Part shown: positions 27,447 to 36,622 of the stretch, one piece after another
Numbering within the stretch: the stretch's first letter is position 1
Layout of the letters: each line of letters opens with the position of its first letter
DNA from: a virus
Lineage: Duplodnaviria; Caudoviricetes
DNA length: 64,000 nucleotides
IMG/VR virus record: IMGVR_UViG_3300032320_002249
Location: 1-64,000 of that record
Strand: one strand, 5' to 3'
Made by a program: the position numbers and the translations under genes
The notes under the pieces: generated by a model
What the model was told of the DNA's origin: nothing
What the model saw: the letters and a program-made list of their open reading frames with translations, nothing else
Databases searched by the model: none

Positions 27447-29132
27447 ATGGTTACTTATTCAGAGTTTATACAAATTGCAGAGAGATATTATCAACCAGAT
27501 GAACCTCTACAATCAGGAAAAACCCCATATGGTAAGGCAGTTTCTTCTACCTATAGACAGAAAGGAGAATTCAAAAGATCCTCTCCAGATAAGAAAACCC
27601 CGGATGCAGAGTCTCGTATTGAAAGGCAACGTCGTAACACTTACTCAAAAGTAAAACACGGGGCAGATAATCCTAATTTTAATTTAACCCCTGATTCTAA
27701 TTATGATGTGAAAGGAAAAGGAGGCGATAATCTAGAAGTGACAGATACTAAACGTGGATATTCAATGCAATTATCTAGGTTAAATTCTACTGTTATGGGT
27801 AAGCCCGAATATGATGTTACATGGACCAACAAAAATAGAAGAAGAGATGGAGCTAATCCTGGAAAATCCAGAAGGGTAGTTAGGGATATTACTCGTATGT
27901 GGAAGCAACAGGTGTCGCCTCGTCTTCCTTATAATTCTGTATTATCAAACTATCCCCAATTTAATGATACAAGTGACAGAAATACAAGAGCTAAGTTTTA
28001 TTCAAAGTATGCTGGATTCGGTGATATGGCTGACTTTGATAGTGCCCAATATGCAAAGGTAGAAAGAGAACCCTCATCCCGCCAAGCCGCAAAAGGAGTA
28101 TTACGAACTAAACCTATAGATGCCCGTGCTGCAGAAGATAGTATAGTGGATCTTAGTAGTAAGATTCGCGCAAGATTAGATGCTACAAGACAGCATAAGC
28201 CAATTCCACGCCAAACAGAACCCCGTAAAATTGCACCTGCCAAACCATCGAGACCATCTATTATTTCACCTCCAATTAGATCATCAGTTCAACGTTTTAG
28301 ACCAATAACACCAAAACTTCGTGGAAGACTTGCCCTGGCTGGAGCTGCCCTTACTGGTGCCGGGGCCTTGTATGATTTAATGAGGTCTAAAAGAAAAAAG
28401 CCATTCGGTGAAAGTGTAGTATTGAGAGCCCTTAGATCTGCTAGAAATATTAGAAGATTATCTTCCTTGCTACCTGGACCTAGATCTACTGGTTATAAAA
28501 AACAACTTACAGTAGGTCCAAGTAAAAGTATTGTAGGTCTAGAACGCCAAAGAAAAGATAGTTCAACTAGGGCCGCATTTCGTAGGGCTGGAATGAATAG
28601 ATCTCAGGAAGGTGGTAATAGAATAAGATTTAATTCTACAGATGAAAAGAATAAATTCTCTAAAACCGCTATATCTTCATATCCATCCCAATCCTCGTAT
28701 GCCCTAGATATGATTCCTGATAAAGTAAAGGAAAGAATGTATGGTAATGGAGTGAGATCAACTCAAGAAAGATCCTTATATTTAAGAAGATTAAGAAGAC
28801 AACTTGGAGGAAGTCGTACTAGAAGAGGTGTTCATAATGTAGATATTTTACCTAGGGGTAGTTATATGAAAAATGATCCAAAAGAGTTAGTTAGTAGGGG
28901 AAAGGAGTACAATAGGGTTGTTAGGGAACTACCCCAGGAAGTGAAAAATGTAGGTGGAAATAGGGGGGATAAGATTGTAGGAAAGGCATCTGAGGTCATG
29001 ATTGGAGCAACTGATACTGAGAAAGGAAGAAGAAAAAGAAGGGATTTATATTCAAGAGCACTCGGAGCAAGTTCCTGGGATCCAATTACAAGAGTTCAGG
29101 TTGCTAGTATAAGAGAAGAATTGATGTATTAA
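27447..29132 (+). CDS. Basic putative head-internal protein with a capsid-targeting sequence
   Basis: N-terminus MVTYSEFIQIAE resembles the T4 IP CTS MKTYQEFIAE; Arg/Lys-rich; late promoter upstream. Confidence 0.6.
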   Translation: MVTYSEFIQIAERYYQPDEPLQSGKTPYGKAVSSTYRQKGEFKRSSPDKKTPDAESRIERQRRNTYSKVKHGADNPNFNLTPDSNYDVKGKGGDNLEVTDTKRGYSMQLSRLNSTVMGKPEYDVTWTNKNRRRDGANPGKSRRVVRDITRMWKQQVSPRLPYNSVLSNYPQFNDTSDRNTRAKFYSKYAGFGDMADFDSAQYAKVEREPSSRQAAKGVLRTKPIDARAAEDSIVDLSSKIRARLDATRQHKPIPRQTEPRKIAPAKPSRPSIISPPIRSSVQRFRPITPKLRGRLALAGAALTGAGALYDLMRSKRKKPFGESVVLRALRSARNIRRLSSLLPGPRSTGYKKQLTVGPSKSIVGLERQRKDSSTRAAFRRAGMNRSQEGGNRIRFNSTDEKNKFSKTAISSYPSQSSYALDMIPDKVKERMYGNGVRSTQERSLYLRRLRRQLGGSRTRRGVHNVDILPRGSYMKNDPKELVSRGKEYNRVVRELPQEVKNVGGNRGDKIVGKASEVMIGATDTEKGRRKRRDLYSRALGASSWDPITRVQVASIREELMY

Positions 29133-29204
29133 AAAATGTATTAAAAAATATAATGCTGTGTTTTTGTTAGGACGTTAAATGATAAAAAAATCTTATGTGA
29201 ATAG

Positions 29205-29480
29205 ACTTATAATGATCTTATAAACATACCTATAATAGCCTTATAATGTCTAAATGATCTTATAAACATAGCCTTATAATAGCCTTATAATTCCCTTATA
29301 AACATACCCTTATAATAGCCTTATAATGCCTAAATGATCTTATAAACATATAAACATACCTATAATAGCCTTATAATATCCTTATAAACATAGCCTTATA
29401 ATAGCCTTATAATAGCCTTATAATTCCCTTATAAACATACCCTTATAATGTCCTTATAATGCCTAAATGATCTTATAAAC
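29205..29480. repeat. Degenerate tandem repeat of (C)TTATAA-centred 11-13 nt units
   Basis: 22 TATAA cores counted in about 275 bp; no ORF. Confidence 0.9.
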
Positions 29481-29987
29481 CCCTCTGGGACTTGTGGACT
29501 AAGCCCGCAAGAACTCACACGGGCCTCTATAACACACCCAGGCCCGCGAAAATTTCTACCAGGGACACTTAAAAAACTGGCATAAGGCCCATACATACCT
29601 CATAGGTTTCTCCTATAATAACGACTTGGACACAGAGGACTTATGGATTTCGAGGCATATACCACTGAAGGCTACGAATATAATGACCCCGGAGATCTCG
29701 ATGGGGATTATATGAATCTCGACGATCTTCTACAAGAAGAACTAGAGGATCGTGCATTTTATATCAACGAACGCATGTTAGTATCATGAATATTCCAAGG
29801 AAACAGCATAAGGTCGTCATTCTAGATGTTGAGTCTTATGATGACCTTCATCTAGATCAGCTAGATTGGCACAAACTTCTAAATCTAGAAGGAAGCGAAC
29901 AGGTTTCTGTAAAGATAAAGGAACCTTATGAAAGCCTTCTTCATAATTGACCAAAATCTCGACTAGGCCCACCCTTACCTTATAATT

Positions 29988-30305
29988 ATGGACTACCATC
30001 AAATTAATCAGATTAACGAGAAAATCAAAGATCTTCAAAAAGAACTCGACAGTCTCATTGAGAAAAAGAAAACTTTAGAGGATAGCTTTATTCCCGAAGG
30101 GTTTAATCCAGTATGTGCTGAAAAGTGTGTTAATGGAAAAAATTGCCTTAGATTGGCATTTAGATGGAGTAGTACCCCACAAGGAGATGAATATTGGCGA
30201 CAACGAACATATGCCCCTACTCTTGATCCTCTAGATACAATCATCATTCTAAAATGGATTGTAAACTATTATAAGGCCAAGGCCGGCTGTGGGTGCCAAA
30301 AATAA
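29988..30305 (+). CDS. Coiled-coil plus FxWxxTPQGxxYW family protein
   Basis: Motif shared with 30375 and 39445. Confidence 0.7.
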   Translation: MDYHQINQINEKIKDLQKELDSLIEKKKTLEDSFIPEGFNPVCAEKCVNGKNCLRLAFRWSSTPQGDEYWRQRTYAPTLDPLDTIIILKWIVNYYKAKAGCGCQK

Positions 30306-30374
30306 TACTGTCCACCCAAATCTCGACTAGGCCCAGGCACACCTTATAATAAGAAACGTCACCCACAGCATCTC

Positions 30375-30701
30375 ATGAACATTCTAGAAATCAACAAAGA
30401 AATTAAAGCGTGCGAAAATAAACTCGTATCTCTCAAGGAACAACGTCAGAGATGTTTCGAGTCTGTTGATTTTTATCCTCCAGATACGGTGGTTTTAAAA
30501 TTTGATCCCCCCGACATTCTTAGGATTCTTTCTGGTTCTTTAGATATTCAACATCTTAACTCTTGTTTTGACTGGAGTATAACCCCACAAGGATACCAAT
30601 ATTGGGATGGGGTCTCAATGGAGAAAACTCTTTCTAATGAGAATCGGCTAATTCTGCTCAATTGGATAACGAATTATTACCGTAAGAACCCGACAGTTTG
30701 A
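30375..30701 (+). CDS. Coiled-coil plus FxWxxTPQGxxYW family protein
   Basis: Paralog motif; same upstream AAATCTCGACTAGGCCCA...TATAAT module as 29988. Confidence 0.7.
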   Translation: MNILEINKEIKACENKLVSLKEQRQRCFESVDFYPPDTVVLKFDPPDILRILSGSLDIQHLNSCFDWSITPQGYQYWDGVSMEKTLSNENRLILLNWITNYYRKNPTV

Positions 30702-30773
30702 GAACTGTCCACCAGGGCTCCCTAGTAGGGGGCCTTTCTTGTTACCTTATAAGGGTCCCGCCAAGTCACCCAC

Positions 30774-31469
30774 ATGGATCGCAAGGCGCTTTACGAAAAA
30801 ATTCATGCAATGCTCCGACTCCAGGAGAGCACCAACTTTGAGGGAGAGGCCGCTGCGGCAGCCGCCCTCATTGATAAGCTCTGTCGGCAGTATGGTGTTA
30901 CCCTTGATGACATTCTTACCCCAGAGGTCATTGAAGAAGTCTTTGCAGTACAGAAGAAACTCAACAATGCAGAGTTCATGTTGTTTACTGCAGTGGGACG
31001 ATTCTATGATGCTGCACCTATTCTGAGGAAAGTTAACGTCTCTGGACAACGGGCTCAGCAGAAATTCGTCTGCGTGGGCACCGAGGCCCAGCAGATTCAG
31101 ACTAAGCTCTATTACGAATATCTCCATGAGGTTATGGAGAGGGAGTGCAAAAAGGCCCTTACTGCGGAGAAACTGCTTGCCGAGATCCAGGGCAAGACCT
31201 TCCTTGCATATGGTTTTAGCACAAATTTCAAAAAGGCATTTGTCGAAAAGGTCGAATCTCGTCTTAATGAGATCAAAAAGGCCCAGGGGGATCATCCCCA
31301 TAAGAACTACACCCTGGCGGTCTATAAGAAGATGAAGCTGGGAACTATCAAGTCCACTTATAAGATGGGTGCTGGTGCCATGGCTGGGGCACAGGTAGGG
31401 GCCTCTGTGGGGCTTTCTAAGCAGGCTAGTGGGGCTGCCAGCACTCCTATGCTGTCAGGGTCCTTCTAG
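30774..31469 (+). CDS. DUF2786-like domain protein
   Basis: KIxxxL...xxEAxAAxxxxxKLxxxYG N-terminal pattern. Confidence 0.7.
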   Translation: MDRKALYEKIHAMLRLQESTNFEGEAAAAAALIDKLCRQYGVTLDDILTPEVIEEVFAVQKKLNNAEFMLFTAVGRFYDAAPILRKVNVSGQRAQQKFVCVGTEAQQIQTKLYYEYLHEVMERECKKALTAEKLLAEIQGKTFLAYGFSTNFKKAFVEKVESRLNEIKKAQGDHPHKNYTLAVYKKMKLGTIKSTYKMGAGAMAGAQVGASVGLSKQASGAASTPMLSGSF

Positions 31470-31567
31470 GGGCTTCTGGGTGCCGGTTCAACAACTGGCA
31501 CCCTATCCGGTCCACCCGGCATCCCTGGTTCTTATAGTTTGATTGTTCAACCATTTAACACACACCC

Positions 31568-31876
31568 ATGACTGTTCTCGATTACACCAAGCTGAGTGAG
31601 GATGCTGCTCAGATGGTCATGACTGCTGCTGAAGAGGCCGCATCTATTCTGGATGACATTTATGATCGGGACACCGAATCCCGTGATAATGCTGTCCAGG
31701 AACTCTGTGATGAGGCAGGTATCGCCAATGATCCTGAAGTGAATGGTGATGAGATCAATGATCTTATCATCGAAAACGAGGATACCCTGCGCGTCAACTA
31801 CATCAATGATACCTATGGTGAGGGGGTTGATAATCCTCTTGCTGAGGGTGAACTTGAGGAAGGGGACGAAGACTGA
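31568..31876 (+). CDS. Highly acidic small protein
   Basis: 32 Asp/Glu versus 4 Lys/Arg in 102 aa; own promoter module at 31479-31538. Confidence 0.75.
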   Translation: MTVLDYTKLSEDAAQMVMTAAEEAASILDDIYDRDTESRDNAVQELCDEAGIANDPEVNGDEINDLIIENEDTLRVNYINDTYGEGVDNPLAEGELEEGDED

Positions 31877-31954
31877 TCTGGCACACTTCTAGGGGATCTG
31901 GGCTTCCGGGTCCCCTATTCTTCTAGAAGCCCCTACAACGTTTTTAAACCACCT

Positions 31955-32455
31955 ATGGCTACCAACTACCGCAGGCTGTCCGTTGATCTTCTGAACTGGC
32001 TTGCAGCCGCCCCTGAGGGGGATCGGCGGGCCTATCGGATCACTTCAGAGTTCGCCATTCGTCATCCCAACTTCTTTGGCGAATTCATCAAGAACGATAA
32101 TTACCTCGACTTCCTCCATTCTATGTTGAGGAGTAATTCTCTCTGTGAGGGTAATACCATTGCTATTCGCCTGGTCAAGAAGCACCGGAAAGAGATGGTG
32201 ATTATCTATAAGGATCTCATCAAGAATACCCAGGTTCTCATCAAGAATACCCAGGCTCCTCCTACTCACCGGCATTTGAACTGGCTTTGGTCAGACCTTA
32301 TAAACACCGAACTTCATAAACTCATTGCAGAAGATACTGGCCGCCTCAATAAAATCCGTTATATTAAACGGGTCAGAGAATTGTCCGGCCTGGGACTGCG
32401 TGATGCTAAGGGCATTGTGGATCGCCTGTATGATACTGCTTTTAGGGGGGATTGA
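31955..32455 (+). CDS. Protein with a C-terminal ribosomal L7/L12 CTD-like segment
   Basis: KIRYIKRVRELSGLGLRDAKGIVD versus the L12 consensus KIxVIKxVRxxTGLGLKEAKxLVE. Confidence 0.7.
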   Translation: MATNYRRLSVDLLNWLAAAPEGDRRAYRITSEFAIRHPNFFGEFIKNDNYLDFLHSMLRSNSLCEGNTIAIRLVKKHRKEMVIIYKDLIKNTQVLIKNTQAPPTHRHLNWLWSDLINTELHKLIAEDTGRLNKIRYIKRVRELSGLGLRDAKGIVDRLYDTAFRGD

Positions 32456-32562
32456 CAGACCTGGCCTTCTGTGACTAGAATAGCTATGTCTGGCGCAACC
32501 GGGTCGTATAAGAACCCTTAAGGAACTTATAGGACCCTTACAAATCTTTAGGAGGCAAACTA

Positions 32563-32871
32563 ATGCAATCTGTTCAATTCAATCATATTGACCAAATGAT
32601 TATCCAACAGATCGTTATGGTCAATATCCGAAAGGACATTGATTATACCGTTAATCAGATCAAGGAATTCCTTTCTGACAGGTTTCCTAATGTCCTGTTT
32701 CAAGTCATTGTTGAGGATAAGGGATCCAATAGGTCCCTTCATATTAAGAGTGACGCCCGACTTGATAATGTCGTGTTCCACCACAATCGTCCCAATGATG
32801 ATCGATCTGTAGAAGAAAAGGCCGCAGAACTTGAGGTTACTGTAGATTATTACATGATGGAGTTCCAGTAA
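32563..32871 (+). CDS. Cyanophage-type hypothetical protein
   Basis: GGAGG RBS; C-terminal AAELEVTVDYYMMEF. Confidence 0.65.
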   Translation: MQSVQFNHIDQMIIQQIVMVNIRKDIDYTVNQIKEFLSDRFPNVLFQVIVEDKGSNRSLHIKSDARLDNVVFHHNRPNDDRSVEEKAAELEVTVDYYMMEFQ

Positions 32872-32873
32872 TT

Positions 32874-33002
32874 ATGTCAATGTATTATGATGATGAGCAA
32901 TATTATGATGATGACTATGAGGAACAAAATCTAGACGATGAATCAGAGGAAGTTACTCTAGATGAATTCGTCAAAAAACTTAATGGTCAATATGACTTTT
33001 GA
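32874..33002 (+). CDS. Very acidic 42-aa peptide
   Basis: Manual translation MSMYYDDEQYYDDDYEEQNLDDESEEVTLDEFVKKLNGQYDF. Confidence 0.5.
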   Translation: MSMYYDDEQYYDDDYEEQNLDDESEEVTLDEFVKKLNGQYDF

Positions 33003-33081
33003 GGACAGTTCATCAAGTGTCCACTGATCATTCCACCATCCCACTTTCCCCACTATCATAAAGAAGTCTTAAATCAGACCT

Positions 33082-33330
33082 ATGACCCAAGAACAGTACG
33101 AGCAAGCATGTCTGCTTCAAAAGCGAATCAAACATGCCCAAAATTCCATCGAACGGCTCAAAGATACGAATCCTAATATCCCTCCCTCTGCGGATATTAT
33201 TGTTTTTTCGAGTGGTCAAAAGCTCACTGAACATAATGAGCTTTTTGGAAAGAATGTATTCTTCCAAGCTCTCCTAGATTTTTATATCTCCCAGCGAGAT
33301 AAGGCCCAAGAAGAATTCGAGGCTCTTTGA
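33082..33330 (+). CDS. Hypothetical protein
   Basis: Follows a promoter module at 33001-33059. Confidence 0.65.
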   Translation: MTQEQYEQACLLQKRIKHAQNSIERLKDTNPNIPPSADIIVFSSGQKLTEHNELFGKNVFFQALLDFYISQRDKAQEEFEAL

Positions 33331-33500
33331 TAACCATGCCTGACACATACACTTTCATCGGAGACGGGGTTACCTATCTTGGCGGCATTGCCGTTGTAGC
33401 TACACCTCTCTTTCTGATCTTTCTCTGGACCTACTTCTGGAAAACCAATCCTGACCGACGAAATTAAAATGAACATTCTTCAAAGGATCTTCAATCGAGA

Positions 33501-33540
33501 AGAACAACAAGAACAACAAGAACAACAAGAACAAGAAGAG
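33501..33540 (+). repeat. GAACAACAA short tandem repeat (poly-EQQ) in a small ORF
   Basis: Three full 9-nt units plus partial units. Confidence 0.7.
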
Positions 33541-33866
33541 TCTCCTGTTTCTAACGAACAGGAAGATGAATCATTTCCTTATATGGAACCCCTGTGTGAC
33601 ATTTGAGGATACCGGGCCTATACTCTAGGCCCATTTCCATTTTTAACTTATAGGAGAACTAATATGATTACTAAGCAAAGTGCTATGCGTAAACTGAATG
33701 ATGCTGAGAATTCTAGTGAGATTCTAGAAGCCCTGGACAACATCAAAGAAAAACATACTACAGTCAAGACTCAAAAGCCTTCTGTGCCAGTTGAGAAAGT
33801 GGCAACCACCTGAGGCACCCCAGAAATCTCGACTAGTATAATGGGAATGCTATACAGCTTCTTATC

Positions 33867-34055
33867 ATGAGAACTGCATTTGTTTCCCCCAAGTCCAAAA
33901 AAGCAAAGAATAGGTTCATCAACATGATGGATTCTATTGATGAAGTTATCGTTGAACAGATGACTTCCACCAAGGCATTTGTTACTTCTCTCAATAAGAA
34001 GTACCATTGCTGGATCAATCTTGTCAATGATAATGATTGGTCTATTGACTTCTGA
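33867..34055 (+). CDS. Cyanophage-type hypothetical protein
   Basis: VxPKSKKAKNRFxNxM...W...NDxxW motif. Confidence 0.7.
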   Translation: MRTAFVSPKSKKAKNRFINMMDSIDEVIVEQMTSTKAFVTSLNKKYHCWINLVNDNDWSIDF

Positions 34056-34120
34056 GTGGACGGTTGGCTGAGTGTCCCATAAGGACTTTACAGACCGATC
34101 CATCCAGGGTATCTTATAAA

Positions 34121-34200
34121 GGTCCGCCTGGACCGTGGACAATTACAAGTGAAATGAGTATGACTCTCACCTAGGAACCCCTAACCGGGTTCCTTTTTTT
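34121..34200 (+). ncRNA. Candidate ~80-nt small RNA
   Basis: Own promoter module (IR 34056-34079, TATCTT at 34110), two internal hairpins, intrinsic terminator, no ORF over 6 aa. Confidence 0.5.
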
Positions 34201-34325
34201 GTCTAGGCACCAGTGGACGGTTGCCTGAGTGTCCATGGTTCTCACACCAGTCCCCGGAAAGGTCGTATCTTATGTGCATCGGAGGGAAACACGTCACAAC
34301 CTCCGCTCAAACCACTTCAACTCTC

Positions 34326-34847
34326 ATGGCTACCACTCCCGCTACCGTTGTCGTCAAGTCCAAGAAAGTTCGTCGTCCTGCAATGAGCACCCTCATCAAG
34401 GCACTCGAAAAGCTCGAACCGACTATCAAGGTTTCGGAAATCTCCAAGCTCTCCGATGAACGTGCCGCCGAAGTCGTGGCCCGTTTCAAGAATGTTACCA
34501 CTGAGAAGAAGAAGGAAGCCTGCCTCCTCACCTTCTTTAAGGAGGAACTGAACACTCAATTGAAGGGAGGGGCAATGTTCATTGAAATGCTCTATACCTG
34601 CAAGACTGAGAAAACCAACTATGCCCGTCTTCGTCCCGTCTACCGGGATCTGGTTGGCCGTGGTGAACTTCCGGACTGGGCTCGCCGTCGTGAACTTCTG
34701 CTCGCTACTTCTGCGATCTGGCGTTATACCTTCAATGGTCATAGTGCCTCTCATAAGTTCACCATTGATGCAATGATGGAATGTACTGATTGCTGTGCTT
34801 ATGTGCAGAAAATGGTGGCCCGTCTGAAGAAAGAAGGGCTCTGGTGA
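34326..34847 (+). CDS. Hypothetical protein
   Basis: Start trimmed to the ATG after the promoter module at 34213-34271. Confidence 0.7.
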   Translation: MATTPATVVVKSKKVRRPAMSTLIKALEKLEPTIKVSEISKLSDERAAEVVARFKNVTTEKKKEACLLTFFKEELNTQLKGGAMFIEMLYTCKTEKTNYARLRPVYRDLVGRGELPDWARRRELLLATSAIWRYTFNGHSASHKFTIDAMMECTDCCAYVQKMVARLKKEGLW

Positions 34848-34928
34848 GCCACTTCCTAAAGTGACACAAGGGGGATCCACAAGGGGTCCCCTTCCTCTAT
34901 AATACATACATCTTCGAAATTCAATTTT

Positions 34929-35393
34929 ATGTCTGTTCTTCCTGTTACCGATTTTCGTACCTACTTCCTGGATCGCATCTTTACTGATGTGATTGAAGGA
35001 AAGATCACCTATCAGAAGGCCGTCAGTATTGTCAATGAGTCTGGCATCATTTTCTCGACTAGGGAAGAGGCGCAAACTGTTCTCAATAGTATCTCGCAAT
35101 CTCCTTCTCGTCCTGCACAAACTTATGCGGATCTGACCAAACAAAAACCTGTTGAAGATAACAGTGTTGTCACCAGAAATTATGATATGGAGAGTTCAAG
35201 TGCGGTGAGTCGCATTATGGTTGATCCTACTCGTTCTCGGGCAGAGATCACTTATAGGGGCAATAATCGCACCTATTCTTATACCTGTCCTGGCAATGCG
35301 CGAGTGATTCGTGATGCTGTCCGAGATGGTATTGAAAGCCCTGGTGCCTATGTGCATAACCTGCGTTCCAGCCGTCTGATCGTCCCTGAGTGA
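34929..35393 (+). CDS. Protein with a C-terminal KTSC-like domain
   Basis: ESSSAVSRI...ITY...TYSY...SPGAY pattern. Confidence 0.55.
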   Translation: MSVLPVTDFRTYFLDRIFTDVIEGKITYQKAVSIVNESGIIFSTREEAQTVLNSISQSPSRPAQTYADLTKQKPVEDNSVVTRNYDMESSSAVSRIMVDPTRSRAEITYRGNNRTYSYTCPGNARVIRDAVRDGIESPGAYVHNLRSSRLIVPE

Positions 35394-35462
35394 CACTTGT
35401 TGGACTGTCCACTAGGGACTGGTGATTGTCGATCCTGGCCCCTAGTATTGGATGGTCCTCTT

Positions 35463-35536
35463 GGGGGTGTATCCCAATAGGCAGAGGAAGCGCACTTAAA
35501 ATGCGTTCAGTGTGGGTTCGAATCCCGCGGCCCCTA
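35463..35536 (+). tRNA. trnL: tRNA-Leu(UAA), short variable loop, no encoded CCA
   Basis: Anticodon stem GCGCA/TGCGT with loop CTTAAAA; T-arm GTGGG-TTCGAAT-CCCGC; T8A9; A73. Confidence 0.85.
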
Positions 35537-35554
35537 TTCCCACAATTAACTTCA

Positions 35555-35806
35555 ATGACCTACTACACTATTCACGACAAGTTTATTGTTGAGGCAAGAA
35601 ATGAAGATGGAACACTCTGCTCTTATGAAGAGGAAACAAAGCGGTTTAATGCCCATCCTTTCCTGAAGAGAAAGCAGTATTTTACGCTTGATGAGCTTGT
35701 ATATTGGACAAGTTATGGTGAAGGGAGAAATACTCCCATGGGGCAGGATAAAGCCTTTGAGTTTCTTAGGTCTATCGGTCTGCCTGCTCGTTACAAGTAT
35801 TGGTGA
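35555..35806 (+). CDS. Hypothetical protein
   Basis: Start placed after the tRNA; the track start of 35426 runs through the tRNA. Confidence 0.6.
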   Translation: MTYYTIHDKFIVEARNEDGTLCSYEEETKRFNAHPFLKRKQYFTLDELVYWTSYGEGRNTPMGQDKAFEFLRSIGLPARYKYW

Positions 35807-35884
35807 CCATAAGGAAAGCTAATCGGTCGGGGCTTGCCAGTCCCCCCGGTTGGACCCTATAATTCTTTCAGTCGCAACCAAACG

Positions 35885-36547
35885 ATGTTCGTCCGGTTCA
35901 TTCCCGCCAGCGGAAACTCCAAGACAGGCCCGATCCCAGTCTCCTACACTGAGCGGGAATCCTGCCCGTCTACCTGCCCGTTCTACAACAAGGGCTGCTA
36001 TGCCAAGTATGGTCCCACTGGTATGTGGTGGCGCAAGGTTCGGGACCTTGGCGCGGCCTGGGATAAGTTCTGTAAACAGGTTAAGAAACTGCCTAAGGCT
36101 CAACTCTGGCGCCACAATGTTGCTGGGGATCTGCCTCATAAGAATGGCGAAATCTCCTACATGATGCTTCGCCAGCTCATTATGGCCAATAAAGGAAAGC
36201 GTGGTTTCACCTACACTCACCATGAGCTGCATGAGCACAATCGGGTGTGTCTGGAGAACGCTAATCTTATGGGGTTCACGGTTAATGTCAGCTGCGAGTC
36301 TATCGAACAGGCTGACCGGGTTATGACAGACTACAAACTGCCTGCAGTTGCAGTAGTCAATTCCACTAAGATTGAGCGGTTCTACACTACTGAGAGCGGT
36401 CGGAAAGTTATCACTTGCCCGGCGGTTCTTCACGAAGATGTTACCTGCTCAACCTGTGGTATCTGCCAGAACGCCAAACGTGATACGATTGTAGCCTTCC
36501 CGGCCCATGGCATCGCTACTAAGACGGTGAACACAATCGTCTCCTGA
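35885..36547 (+). CDS. Cys-rich phage protein (gp88/DUF7227-like)
   Basis: NSKTG, CPxxCP, GCYA, RHNVAGD, YTH, CPA, CxxCxxC, FPAHG. Confidence 0.7.
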   Translation: MFVRFIPASGNSKTGPIPVSYTERESCPSTCPFYNKGCYAKYGPTGMWWRKVRDLGAAWDKFCKQVKKLPKAQLWRHNVAGDLPHKNGEISYMMLRQLIMANKGKRGFTYTHHELHEHNRVCLENANLMGFTVNVSCESIEQADRVMTDYKLPAVAVVNSTKIERFYTTESGRKVITCPAVLHEDVTCSTCGICQNAKRDTIVAFPAHGIATKTVNTIVS

Positions 36548-36622
36548 TTCTGTAGTTCAGGGGACCCTAATCGGTCCCCCATTCCTTCCAAAATCTCGAC
36601 TAAATCACACGCAAAAATCATC

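Noticed and set aside
34317-35144. 275-aa minus-strand ORF
   Set aside because: It overlaps two + strand cassette genes and their promoter module on the opposite strand and has no recognisable domain
35426-35554. N-terminal extension of ORF 35426..35806
   Set aside because: It runs through the tRNA-Leu gene and its promoter; the ATG at 35555 is more plausible
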